From positions 23,436,001 to 23,500,000 of the forward strand of contig JBHGNT010000004.1 of the NCBI GenBank assembly GCA_043228905.1: 64,000 nt of DNA. Direction: 5' to 3'. This DNA comes from Azolla caroliniana. Lineage: Eukaryota; Plantae; Polypodiophyta. The notes under the pieces were generated by a model. It was given only the letters and a program-made list of their open reading frames with translations. It did not search any database and had not been told where the DNA came from. The position numbers were made by a program, and so were the translations under genes. How positions within the stretch are numbered: position 1 is the stretch's first letter; each line of letters begins with the position of its first letter. Shown in pieces: positions 11,123 to 23,336 of the stretch.

Positions 11123-13096
11123 ATGAGAACCCAAACTCTTCTTCATCATGATTTGACACTTGTGGACTTACTCAGGATTTTTGCTAAGAAGAAGGATCTA
11201 CACAATGGCATGGCCCTACATGACCACATTCTTCACAAGGGTTTGCTTCAAAAGTGCCCTTACCTTGCTAGCAGTATTGTTTGTATGTATGCCGAATGCG
11301 GAGTTCTAGAAAAAGCTCAGCAAGTGCTTCTAGACCTGCCGGTCCGAGATGTAGTCTCTTGGTCTGCATTGATCGCAGGGTATTCTCGACAAGGCCAAGG
11401 CCATGAAGCATTGAGATGTTTCGAATGCATGCAGAGAGAAGGATTTTCTCCAAATGAGGTTACCTTCACTTGTATCCTCAAGGCATGTGGAAACATACGT
11501 GCCATTGATAAGGGTGAACAAATCCATGACGAGATTGCCAGTAAAGGCTTGCTGAAAAGAAATGTCGTGCTCGGTAATGCTTTGGTGGATATGTATGCCA
11601 AATGTGGTATGCTCGCCAAAGCTCAGGGTGTGCTCGAAGAGCTTCCATCTCGAAATGTTGTTTCTTGGTCGACCTTGATTGCAGGGTATGCCCAAAATGG
11701 CCAAGCTCTTGAAGCAGTAAGATGTTTGGAGAGGATGAGAGGGGAGGGCATCTCTCCGAATGAGGTCACTTTCGCCTGCATCTTAAAGGCTTGTGGTAGC
11801 ATGGGGGTAATTGAAAAGGGAAAAGAAATCCATGATGAGATTGTTGGAAGAGGGCTCTTGCAAAAGAGTATCGTGCTTGGCAATGCTTTGGTGGACATGT
11901 ATGCCAAATGTGGGGTTCTTGAAAAGGCTTCGCAAGTACTTGAAGAGCTTCCCAGCCGGAATGTGGTTTCCTGGAATGCACTAATTGCTGGATATGCCCA
12001 GCATGAGAAAGGGCACGATGCATTGAACTGTTATACGCGCATGCAAAGGGAAGGCTTCTCTCCGAATGAGATCACCTTCTCGTCTATCCTCAATGCCTGT
12101 GGCAAAATAGGAGCTATTGATAAGGGAAAAGAAATTCACGATGAGATTGTCTGTAGAGGCTTATTGGAGAAAAATATCGTGCTTGGTAATGCTTTGGTAA
12201 ATATGTATGCCAAATGTGGCTTACTCTCGAAAGCCCGACAAGTTCTTCAAGAGCTTCCCAGTCGAAATGTAGCATCTTGGTCTGCTTTAATCACAGGGTA
12301 TACTCAATATGAGCAAGGACATGAAGCACTCAATTGTTTCTCACAGATGCAAAGAGAGGGTACCCCTCCCAATGAGATCACTTTTCTATGCATCCTCAAG
12401 GCATGTGGTAGCATAGGGGCTATTGACAAGGGCAAACAAATTCATGGTGAAATTGTGAATAGAGGCTTGCTGAAGAAACATATTGTGCTTGGGAATGCGT
12501 TGGTGGATATGTATGCTACTTGTGGTGACCTTACAAGAGCTCGGAAAGTGTTCGAAGAACTTCCGATTCGAGATATAGTCTCATGGTCATCGTTAATTGC
12601 GGGGTATGCTCAACATGGGCATGGTAATGAAGTAGTTGATATGTTGGAAAAGATGGAGAGGGAGGATGGCCTCTCGCCAAATGATGTAACATTCCTATCT
12701 ATTTTAAGTGGATGTAGTCGCTCGGGGAGAGTGGATGAGGCACAAACATATTATGAGAGTATGAGCACAAAGTATGGGATTACACCAAATCTAGAGCACC
12801 ATACATGCATGGTGTTTGTTTTTGGATGGGCAGGGCTCTTTGATAAGGCTATCTCGGTGATTGAGGCGATGCCGACATCTGACTATTCTCCAGTTTGGAT
12901 TGCACTCTTGAGCGGTTGCCAGAAATGGGGGAAAGTGAATCTCGCATTATTGGCTTTTGATCAGGCAATGAAAGCAAACAATAACCTTGCAGCAGCTTAT
13001 GTTGCGATGGCTACTATTTATGCTGATGCAGGTATGGAGGAGGATGCCATCAAGGTTGAAACAATGAGAACAAAGAATGCTTGTTGGAATAAGTAG
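11123..13096 (+). CDS. Pentatricopeptide repeat protein, PLS class with C-terminal E domain, no DYW (putative organellar RNA-editing factor), 657 aa
   Basis: Intronless ORF with repeating triplets (NVVSWxALIAGYAQ / PNEVTFxCILKACG / IVLGNALVDMYAKCG), then EHHTCMV...WIALLSGC...AAAYVAMATIYADAG (E-type region). Stops before any DYW domain. Confidence 0.93.
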   Translation: MRTQTLLHHDLTLVDLLRIFAKKKDLHNGMALHDHILHKGLLQKCPYLASSIVCMYAECGVLEKAQQVLLDLPVRDVVSWSALIAGYSRQGQGHEALRCFECMQREGFSPNEVTFTCILKACGNIRAIDKGEQIHDEIASKGLLKRNVVLGNALVDMYAKCGMLAKAQGVLEELPSRNVVSWSTLIAGYAQNGQALEAVRCLERMRGEGISPNEVTFACILKACGSMGVIEKGKEIHDEIVGRGLLQKSIVLGNALVDMYAKCGVLEKASQVLEELPSRNVVSWNALIAGYAQHEKGHDALNCYTRMQREGFSPNEITFSSILNACGKIGAIDKGKEIHDEIVCRGLLEKNIVLGNALVNMYAKCGLLSKARQVLQELPSRNVASWSALITGYTQYEQGHEALNCFSQMQREGTPPNEITFLCILKACGSIGAIDKGKQIHGEIVNRGLLKKHIVLGNALVDMYATCGDLTRARKVFEELPIRDIVSWSSLIAGYAQHGHGNEVVDMLEKMEREDGLSPNDVTFLSILSGCSRSGRVDEAQTYYESMSTKYGITPNLEHHTCMVFVFGWAGLFDKAISVIEAMPTSDYSPVWIALLSGCQKWGKVNLALLAFDQAMKANNNLAAAYVAMATIYADAGMEEDAIKVETMRTKNACWNK

Positions 13097-13999
13097 GGAG
13101 GGATAGTGAGCGCGCAAATGTGCATTTACAATTTCATTCATCCATTCATTTCTCTAAGCAAAATGTGCATTACAATTTCACAGCTGAAGAAACATTAGCA
13201 AAATTATTGGAGGAAATCTCTTTTTCCCATCTCTTTAGTGTCTCATTGCTACAAAGAAGGGCATGATATGTGCCATTGCTTCTGCCCCTATGTATACACC
13301 TGAAGAGAAAATTGTACATTTAATGAATTGTTCTAATCCAGGAGGTCATGAATTTTGGTTCACCATATGTATAAAATGGAGGTACAAGTGCAGTTGTGGC
13401 GGTGTATACAAATACATGATGTACTCAATAGATCCCGGAGGATCTTCCAATCCATCCTTGAATTCTTGTTCTTATCCATATAAAACTAGCATTGTGAAGA
13501 TCTGGATTATGCGACAGATACCGAGCATCCCAATTTTTGTTACTTCATGTGATTCAAGGTTTTCAAAATTTGAAAACTATTCTCTCGTTGTATCTTCTGC
13601 ACACAGAACTGTGAATGAAAATTTTGTAAATTATCAAATCAAACAAATCGACAAATTTCATTAAATTATGAGTCAATGGAATTGATTGATTTCGATTATA
13701 CATTTTTTATTGTTTTGATTTGAATACTTTGAGTAATTAATTTGACTTGTAAGATTTGTTTTTGTTTTCGAAGAATCAATTCATTGCAGATGATTTATAC
13801 ATCTTGTGATAGGTTAAAAAAAGGTGAGTTTTTGCACATAAATTAATTTGATCAATCAAAGTTGTTTTCAGTGCAAAAGAAAATGATAAGAAGATGTAGA
13901 ATTTTGAAAGATAGATGATCTTAGAATGTGACCTTATAACAAAATTTCATTGTTTGATTGCCCAATTTCGGAAAACATGGTTTGACCTAAGCTTCATCC

Positions 14000-14830
14000 C
14001 TAACCCCACTCCCACCTTCATTTTTGCCTTCACCTTCATCTTCTCTTTTTTGTACCTTGGCCACTACATTTGACATCGTCATTACTGTCATCATCTTCTT
14101 CATCAACTACATTGACCATTGTGATCACATTACTATCATAATCTTCTTCATCACCTATAATGACCATCGTCATCATCTTGTTACTCTTTATCTACATTGC
14201 CATTATTATCACAAATGTCATCATCACCCCTGCCACTATCATCAATCATCATGTTCTCCTTGTTTATGATTACGACTACCATCAACCACACCATCTTCTT
14301 CTTTAACATTCTTCGTTACGTCCAAGGACTATTGCCATACACCACCATCATTGTCTACTTTCTCTCTAAGGACACCATAATATTAACAACCATCAGTTTC
14401 TTTATCACCATTAACATCATTTTTTTCATAAAAAGTTATGATATCCTCCATTGGTATTAAAATTAGAGTGATGAAAGGCAATATACAAAATAGTCCACTA
14501 TTACAATGAATATTGTATACTCGTGCCGAATGGCTGTAGCCAATCTTTCTAGGTAAAGATAAGTAATCTTTCTAGCCAATCTTGTTCATGTTCGGCATAT
14601 CCAAGACTAATGTGTTCATCCAGCAATCTCTTTCTTTCAATCTCAGCATGCATTTCACATTCCTTCTAAATTGCTCTTGTGTTATCATCATTATCATCCT
14701 CTTCTCCAAAGGTTCATGACAATACAATTATAATTATCATATTTACCATCACCATCACATTCTCCACCATTGACATCAAGTTCCTTCATTTGGGACACAT
14801 GACCCAAAGCTACATGAAGTCCTACACCCA
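14000..14830. repeat. Degenerate (CAT/ATC/CAC)n low-complexity tract
   Basis: Dense catcat/accacc/ttcttc triplets; the ORFs called here are I/T/H/S-rich artefacts. Confidence 0.6.
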
Positions 14831-17800
14831 TCACATAACCAACTTTTCGATATGTGGATGTGTGTAACTGTGTATATATATGTACATACACATGAGTGTA
14901 AATATATGTGTATGTATATGCATTGTGTAAATGTTTATATAATGTATTAATACGTGGGATTGTAGGGTGTGAAGTGTATTTTTTTTGTAAGGGGTTATGT
15001 GTGAATATGTGTTGGTGTGTGGGGGGGATATGGCTAGCATAGGGATGACATCAACATGTCATGTGGTTGCAGATCCGGCATCACTTGTTGCACGAGTCAC
15101 AACTTGTCGCTTATGCTTGACTTTTGCCAAAATGAATTCCTCCTTTCATTTTACCACATTCCCCCATTCCTCATTCTTATATCTCATGTACTACAGATCA
15201 CCTTTCTCCCTTCATCACCCATTACGATATTTGGGTTTGATCCGCATCCAAAATTGGCTCCTCGCTACACATTTGACCATCACCTTAACCTATCATAAAA
15301 TCGATTTTAACATTTTCCTCCTCTGTACACGCCACATCACAACATCATTCCTTCCCATGTTGAATGCAATAGGGTAGATGACAATTTTGGTGTGAGAGGA
15401 AGAACTCAACTAAGAGAGAAGTGTGTTGGAGGAATTTTACACACACTTGTTTGCTTGTGGCACAAGTTTAGCAAGTCCCCAATTGACTAAGAACTTCAAT
15501 TAGTTGGGCAAAGGCTTCTCTTCTGTGAAGAAGCGTTCATGGGGTGACCCCCATGTTAATTTCATTTGAACTACCTTAGGTTTCTTTTATCTTGGTAAAG
15601 CGATATACGTCCCCATGATATATATCCCATTAATCACACTTGGAACCCATTGGAGTTGCAATGAAAAAGTTGCTTGCTAATGTTTAGTGAGGCAAAAATA
15701 AGAAAGATAACTTATGAGTCATAATAAGGGCTCATTGGATAATGTTTAGGTGTTCCAAAAGTGGTAATTTTTTGATAATGCACAAAATGTTGATTATTAT
15801 TAAAATGTGTTCTTAGATAGGTTATCTTGAAAACAAATGGCCTTTGTATATCCTTTCCCAATGAATTGGGGTCAACTTAGAAACTATGTGGTAATTAGGT
15901 GGCAATATCCAATGATTCAAGGATATATCATTATGTGTCCAATACATAACATATAATTATTCATTGGACTTATCAAAAGGATACACTTTCAAGGAGCATA
16001 ACAAAATTCAATGCATTATGTATGCTATCACACTTACTTTGAACATATTATCATTTTCATAGAGGGTCATTGAAAAAGTCATTGTATTTCATATATCATA
16101 ATAATCAACATAAAAACTTTAGCATAAAATTATCAAACATGACTATTGTCAAAGATCTGAAGCTAACTTTTAAAAGATATTGGGTATAACTAAAATTATA
16201 GTGGTGTTGTTCGAAGCTTCATTTTGCTTTCTTGCAAGGTATTGACATGTTGCATATCTGAAGAGAACTTAGAAACTTTTAATCCCCATATCATCGAACC
16301 AATAGTGATAGTTAACAAAATGCTAGTTGATTAGCAAAACATTAATATAACAAGGCAACCTAGAGGAGACAATTTGGGGGATGCATCAATCTCTCACACT
16401 TGTGTAGGGTATTTGAAAAGAATGGTTGTGAAATTGCAAGCAACTTTCAAAAAGTTTGCACCAAGAACGCTTAACGTTAAGTTATTGCTTTTTGTTATTC
16501 CCACCTCATCGTTGATATTGATTGTTCTCCAACCTTGGCTGGTTCTATCATGCAAAGAGTGTTTTAAAGCATGCAAATTTTAGGCTTGCCCCTTGATATT
16601 ATTGCATTGACACGTTACATTGTGTACATACAAAGGAATTGGGACATGTCATCTCACCTATATATATCTAGTCACATATGCACACACACATGATGGCACA
16701 CGACTCTTTGTGTGAATGGACGATTGACTTTCCACAATAATTCAAACTCAATAAGGCACGGAAGCCTCAACAATGGATCATCAATATATAATCTAAGACA
16801 AAAAAACACTTGTTCTACTCACTTACTTATAGAGAGTAAGTTGTGCAAGGTCTTGTTGTAGTGTATACATACTTAAATTTTGGAAGGCACATGATTTAAA
16901 GGAGTTTCTTTCGTTTATAAAACTTTATTTTCACAGTTTCAATAACGATTGACTTGTACACTAGCTTAAAGAATGATAAAAAAATAATCCAATCTCTTTC
17001 AAATTTGATAAATGTTATTAATATGGATTTGTAAGTGTCTCTGATAAGGTTGATCTTAATAAAGCATATCATTGTCGAAGCATTGAAAACGTCTACACCT
17101 CTAAATATGAGACTCGTCATGTGAAGTCCCAAATTGGCAATAAATGACGGCACTCCACTAAATAAGATGCACTATTGAACACTAGAAAACAACATGCATG
17201 GATAAGAAAGAGTAATGGCGAGTAACATGCCACAAAGATGGTATGAGGAATATTAAGTAAGGTGATTAAAGAAACAAGAAACATGGATGCACTTTCTATG
17301 TGCACATTCATTTGTATGAATGGAGAGGTTGTGGACAACCGTATGCAAGCATATTGGATCTAGGCTTGACTGATGACTATATAAAGTGCATGCATGCAAA
17401 GAGGCATTTATATATTACAAGCCTAGTTGCCCTCTATTTAAATGGCGAGGAAATCGTGATCATGGATGGCTATCCTAGATCATGAATCATGGATGGTCTT
17501 TATTTAGAGCAATGACACTGATTAATTGAAAGCAAGGATGATGCTAGTTTCTTCCTTATTTTAGCTCTTTATGTGTTTTTTAGTTTATTATATCTCTCAA
17601 ATTCCTTAAAATATCATACATGAGGATACTAATTATTTAGTAACATATGCATCAAACGTCTACAATGTAGCATATGGTTACTTTTGTTTTCCTTCTTTTA
17701 AGTGAAGATATAGTTTGCTTTTGTAAACAAGTCTTGGCACCTTATAAAAATATAATGAGAAGGTTTTATAAGAAAATTATAATGGTTTAAATCTGTATAC

Positions 17801-18420
17801 GTTGCACATTGTCATTCCTTGTCATGTTCAAATTGTCAAGAAAAGGCAAGAGAAAAAGTTTAGAAAAGTTCAAATCACGTGTTGACTTAAAATTACCAAA
17901 AGGTGTTTTGATTGACTTACAAGTGTCTAATGTGCATTGGTAGCATCAATTTTATTCATGATTTCTAAAGATAACCAATATTATATTTGGTATATCACCG
18001 TTTAATTCAGCACGCCAAATCAATGTCATACGCTAACAATAATGAAGGATTGATAAGTTCATATCCTTACATTTATAAGAGCAATCTAGATTGGATTTAG
18101 TATCGTTACATCCTGTGTTCAATACTCCGCAAAATAGTCACGAGGCATGACTTGTTGAGCGACAAAATTTGTTGGAAATTCGTATATAGAGGACCTATAA
18201 ACATGTTCCTATTGATATCCTTACTGTCAATTATTTGTTGACTAAAAGTGATATTTTTGTATCGTGCACCTTAAATGTACAATTTATCCATTGCAATATT
18301 TAAATTCTCTTGCAGACATTTCTTAGTAGTTTTAACATGAAGAACATTGTCTTCTTAGAGAATTAATTACTAAAAAGTAATATAATCTTAAGCAACAATG
18401 CTCACAAATTGACATTTATA

Positions 18421-19095
18421 GTAAAATTTGTTACCTTTAACAAACAATAGGTTCTAAACTTGATTGACTATTGTAAAGAATCAAATATGATTCTTGTGTA
18501 GTGGAAGAGATGTGTGTTATGTGCGAGAGAAAAGAGATGAGAGAAGAGAAACACAAGATAGATAAGCTAGAGAAAATGAACTAAACCTGATTGACTATTG
18601 TAAAGAATCAGATATGATTCTTGTGTAGTGGAAGATATGTGTGTTATGTGTGAGAGAAAAGAGATGAGAGAAGAGAAACACAAGATAGATAAGCTAGAGA
18701 AAATGAACTACTCAAGAAGAAGAAGATGTATATTCACAAGTAAAATAGCAAATACAAAATGTAGCATTACAAGGAGTCCCAACCGACTTAGTATGAAGTA
18801 TGTAGGAGAATAGTGCTTTATATAAGGTCACCCTCTCTCTTCATTAATTCACTACAACAACTACTCTCTCTTGGGGAATGTGAAGTCTCATAGTAATGGG
18901 GAATATAGAACTCAATAGTTATGTGTCATAGAATATGATGACATATATTTAATGTGTAGAGAGTAGTGGTATGACTCTTGACATTTGAGTGATCATAGAT
19001 TCTCAAAGAGTCTGTTCACACGTTGCACTATGTTGAGCTTGATGTAAAATTTGTTACCTTTAACAAACAATAGGTCTAAACCTGATTGACTATTT
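18421..19095 (-). mobile_element. Probable solo LTR (~18599-19020) with local duplications
   Basis: TG...CA bounded segment (tgtaaagaatc...ctgttcaca) with a reverse-strand TATA (ccttatataaagca). Its first ~120 bp are tandemly duplicated (18460-18585 / 18585-18710), and a ~52-bp direct repeat lies at 18421 and 19044. Confidence 0.45.
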
Positions 19096-19366
19096 TTAAT
19101 CTTAAGTTGCCCACAATCAAGGAAAAACAATGCATTATTACATAAAAATTAAGTGCTTGTGCAAGGTGTGATTGTGTGTATGTAAATATATGTATGTCTA
19201 TGGGAGTATCTGTAAATATGTGTCCTTACGTGTTATGTCGCGTAAACGCGCGTGGGTGCTACTCAAGCAGGACCACGAGGGGTCTTGGACGTTTGGGGAC
19301 TCAAAGGCTCATAGGAGTTAAACACATGCTAGACTAGAAAGCTCCTCAAGGTCAAAGACTCATTAG

Positions 19367-19742
19367 TGTCACAACATTGACATGTATATGAGGTTAAATT
19401 TACTAGATGCCATTGTGGAATGTAGGGTTGAACCCATGACCTCCTAATCTCCATTATGCAACCTTATCAAGTGAGGTACATCTATTTGGTCAGCCCTATA
19501 TAAAATTAAACTTGATGCATTATATCTTGAACACTAGAAGTTTCTTAGCGTGCATGCATTCTCTAGAATATTCCTAGTTTGCATGCATACCTCCACTTTC
19601 TTGTATAAATACTTGGGTGCACCTTGATTCCAATCAAGGTGAACAACACCAGTTACGAAAGCATAAATTGAGTTCTTGTTCTCTTCTCTCTCTTACTATT
19701 TAGTCTTGTCTTGGTTTTGCTCTATTCTACTCATTCGTGATA
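19367..19742 (+). mobile_element. Solo LTR, chromovirus-like
   Basis: TGTCAC...GTGATA ends; flanks ATTAG/GTTAG (4/5 TSD); TATA (tataaata, 19604); shares 'aacccatgacct' and 'ttctctagaa.att' with the LTRs at 41164 and 46407. Confidence 0.65.
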
Positions 19743-19856
19743 GTTAGACTTGAAGGCTCCTCATAGTTGAAGGCTCGTAGGAGTTAATGATAGTGATAAG
19801 TCGAATGACAATTAATGCGTGTGGTTAGGATCTAAATACATGATTAACAATGGCGT

Positions 19857-20436
19857 TTTGTGAGATGGGGAAGATTGGCTAAGGAAATTCAAAACTATGA
19901 AAAGGAGTATGGTGAGTTCCTTCTCCTCTCCGATGGGAGACATGTATTAGAGATCTCGGATATTACATCAGTTCGTTGTTTGGAAGAGGATATGGTCTGG
20001 TCCACAATATCTTCTCTAGTCGTTTGGGTATTGTGGAAGGCTAGATGTAAATGTGTATTTCAGAAAGTTAAACAGAATGTGGTTGACTTAGTCAAAGAGT
20101 ATGGTTAATGCTCGTACACACTTTAAGAGGTCAATATGATGCAATAACTGGTGAGCCTGAGGTTGTGATTCGTAGACAACAACAGTTTCGAGATATTTGG
20201 AAAAACGTTGAGGTTTTCATCTCCTTTGGAGAAAGAATAAAGTGGAGATATGCTCCACCAAGATGGCTTTTTCCACCCCCCGTCTTGGAACAACTTCCAT
20301 GAGGGCTTGTGATACTTGACATTCTGGTTGATGTGGATATAACAGTTGTAATATATTGTATGAATTCATTGTAGCCTTTTGGCATCTTTCCATTAATACC
20401 AAGGTGAACCTTTTTTTAAATAATAATAATAATAAA
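19857..20436 (+). mobile_element. 5'-truncated L1-like LINE (ORF2 C-terminus + 3'UTR)
   Basis: WSTISSLVVWVLWKARCKCVFQ...LRGQYD...WRYAPPRWLFPP, then a 3'UTR ending in a T-run and (AAT)n tail. Same family as 61092-62240. Confidence 0.8.
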
Positions 20437-20479
20437 TACACGATTAGCACGAGGAATGCGAGATTATGAAGGGTTTGCG

Positions 20480-21742
20480 CAATGCATGATTAACGTGGTT
20501 CCGGTTGGCGAATGGCTAGGTAAACGTGGTGGTCTAATAGCTTACCCACTCTATTCTTCACCTATTGAAACTTTGAGACACTGTTTGTGGTATTTCCCTC
20601 AAGCTTAGAGGGTATGGGAGAGAGTGACTCGCCTACTAGTTGCATGCAAAGGGGAAGGAACAACATCATGGAGTGTAGTGGCTTGGATTGATCTCTCGAT
20701 TGATAGTTAAACGAACACCTTCAATGCAAATAGTTGGTGCTATGAATGCACACGAGGTAAAATTGTCAAGACCCGATTTGAGAGAGGCTTGAAGATTTCA
20801 TCCCCTTGGTTCTGGGTGATTTGGATGTTGATCGCGGGCTTCACCCTGTTGTATGTATGGAAAGCACGCTGCCTAAAGGTATTCCAAGATTTGGTACGCC
20901 CCCCGGAGGAATTGATCATGGATATATGGTTCGCAATTATCAGTTTCCTACGAGGGCAATTGGATGAGATTTTTGGTCACTCCAACGACGTGGTCACTGC
21001 TCATTTGTGCTTCTAGCAAAAATGGCGGAACACGCCAATGGTGACGCAAGGAGGAAACGATCCGAGTTGGAACTAGCAGTCCCCACACTAGTTGTTTCCT
21101 ACTCACCTCTAACAATCAGCAACGGTTCAGTTTCAACAATCAAAAACCGGTTTAACGGTTTTTTATTTTTTATTTTTAAAAAATTTAAAAAAAATCTAGA
21201 AAATTTAAAAAATTGTTTTTAAACAAACTTTTCATTTTTAGACCTTATTCTCACATTTAAGGAACATCTTAAAATTTTAAAAAAAATTAAAAAATGAAAT
21301 ATTATAAAATTTAAAAAATTAAAAATTTGACCTATGTTGAAAACTGAAACCGAACTACGAAATCGCGATTTTTACAGTTTAATCGTTTAACAGTTTCGTG
21401 GTTTGGTTCGGTTTGGTTCATGTTTCAAAAAAATTAAACGGTTCGGTTTGGACCCTCTCAAACCGAACCGAACCGTCGCCGATTGTTACTCACCTCCCAC
21501 CCTCCCTTCGTTGTAGGCCACAAGATTCGGCTCGTACTGGTTAGTGATGAAGGGCACTAGTTTATAGTTATAGGTACCTAATTACATTAAGTAGTTAGTT
21601 TGAAAGGATATGTACGTAGTCTCATATCCTTGAACTCGGTCGGAGGGTGATTCCCTGATTTATATATAAGCCACCTTGTATAATCTTTTTGTAATAATCT
21701 CTCCTAACTAATGGGAAAGTAGTTTCTTTTTGAAAAAAAAAA
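20480..21742 (+). mobile_element. Degenerate L1-like LINE 3' end interrupted by a hAT MITE
   Basis: ETLRHCLW-type zinc-finger remnant, VWKARCLKVFQ, LRGQLD, then a 3'UTR ending 'aactaatgggaaagtag...tttttg(A)n'. Confidence 0.75.
21110..21488. mobile_element. hAT-superfamily MITE
   Basis: TIRs taacaatcagcaacggttc / gaaccgtcgccgattgtta; perfect 8-bp TSD CTCACCTC (21102-21109, 21489-21496); subterminal AACCG/CGGTT repeats. Confidence 0.9.
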
Positions 21743-22049
21743 GAATCTTTCACGAATAAAATCATTTACCTTTGAAACAACTTTCTTCCATCAACACTTA
21801 GTGACAAGGAGATTAATGGCTGTGTAGTGTTAAAAAAACAAGCTATCCATAAGCTCTCTTCTCATTCTTGGCAACCCTTCCACTTAGCTTTGCTTCATTG
21901 CAAATCACTTTGTTATTAGAAAGCCTACCATTATGATCTATTATGTGTTTACATTATTGATATCTCCTGCTTTGTAAAGGTTTAATCCAATTTGTACTCC
22001 AATCGTGGGGCATGTAATATATGGTACATGGTTAATAGTATCACTTCTC

Positions 22050-23080
22050 TTCGGCTCGTATTGGCCAGTGATGTGGGGTACTTTTTTTTTCCAAAAAAAA
22101 CTCCTTCCATTAGTTATAAAATTTTACAAATGAGACGATTATGTACAAATCCCTGAAGGGACGCAATAGTTCCATCTTATGTGGATGCCCACTAACTCAA
22201 GAAAGGGAGAGGACGACCATTGTTGGATGAAGACTATTCGTTGTCTTTCAACTCCCTCGGAGCTGCCGTTAAGGCCATAATATTGGCTCTTCATAGTGGC
22301 TACAATTTCACTCCATATCTCTTGCAGTAACCTTGTTGGATGTGCGGTTTGGTTGGAGAAGACTCGCCTACATCGTTGTTTCCATAGAATCCAAAGGGTT
22401 ATTGGGCTCACCAATTCCAACACCTCTTGAGATTTGTCATTAAGAGGAATGGAGTGGACATTGCCACCGGAGGAGAAAAGGACCTCTTGTGCTTTTATCA
22501 CCAAAGTCATCCCCTCCTCCTGATGCTCGTATCTGCCAATTGCAGCCTGCCATGATAGCCAACATATATTTCCCCACTTGATTGAGCCTTGCATCTAACA
22601 TAATTGCAACAAGCGGCCAACCCCCCACCATATTCGATGGGATGTTGGGCAGTCCCACAAAGCGTGTCATATGGATTCTACTACATGTGGGCACTCTACA
22701 CAATTAGGAGAGCTAAGGTTCCCACGTTGCCATGCTCCTACCGGTAGGGACTTATGTATTAATAGCCATTGGAACGTGGTAATACGCCTCGCGTGTTGTT
22801 GTTTCCAGATTTTCTGCCAAAACTTAGCGATTATTGTGGAAGGAACTTGAAATGTATGCCAGACCTTCACAGTAGCCGGTTCTCGGTGCGGGGTACTAGT
22901 TTATATATATAGGTACCTACGTACATTAAGTAGTTAGTTTGAAAGGATATGTACGTAGTCTCATATTCTTGAACTCGCTCGGAAGGTGATTCCTCGATTT
23001 CTGTATAAGCCACCTTGTATAGTCTTTCTATAATAATCTCTCCTAACTAATGGGAAAGTAGCTTCTTTCTGGGAGAAAAA
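22050..23080 (+). mobile_element. Short LINE 3'UTR insertion (family of the 21526-21742 tail) split by a nested LINE
   Basis: 16-bp TSD aatagtatcacttctc at 22034-22049 and 23081-23096. The two halves (22050-22082 and 22890-23080) match 21526-21742. Confidence 0.85.
22083..22886 (-). mobile_element. 5'-truncated L1-like LINE nested in the previous element
   Basis: Minus strand reads FWQKIW...FQWLLIHKSLPVG...CVECPHVVES (zf-RVT-like) and LWILWKQRCRRVF...WNYCVPS. Poly-T at 22082; TSD tg(t/c)ggggtact on both sides. Confidence 0.85.
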
Positions 23081-23273
23081 AATAGTATCACTTCTCCAAA
23101 CATCTTTTTTCCTAATCCATTTGAGCATTTTAGTTTCTATCCCATAAAGATCTCTTGAATTGTGAGTGGGCAATTTCTTAAGCCCTATGCAAACTTCCTC
23201 AATAGTAAAGAAGGAAGAATATATGAAAAAGAACCCTAACAAATTGTCTTTAATATATTTGATTACTTGATTT

Positions 23274-23275
<2 letters not shown>

Positions 23276-23332
<57 letters not shown>
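23276..23332. repeat. (AG)n microsatellite
   Basis: Perfect GA dinucleotide run. Confidence 0.95.

Positions 23333-23336
<4 letters not shown>

Noticed and set aside
13263-13664. 133-aa ORF downstream of the PPR gene as a possible DYW exon
   Set aside because: No PG box, HxE or CxxC deaminase motifs, and no DYW-like terminus.
16750-17110. Possible minus-strand LINE RT remnant (also 23090-23250 and ~54850-55620)
   Set aside because: Only isolated degenerate motifs; boundaries cannot be defined, so not listed as features.
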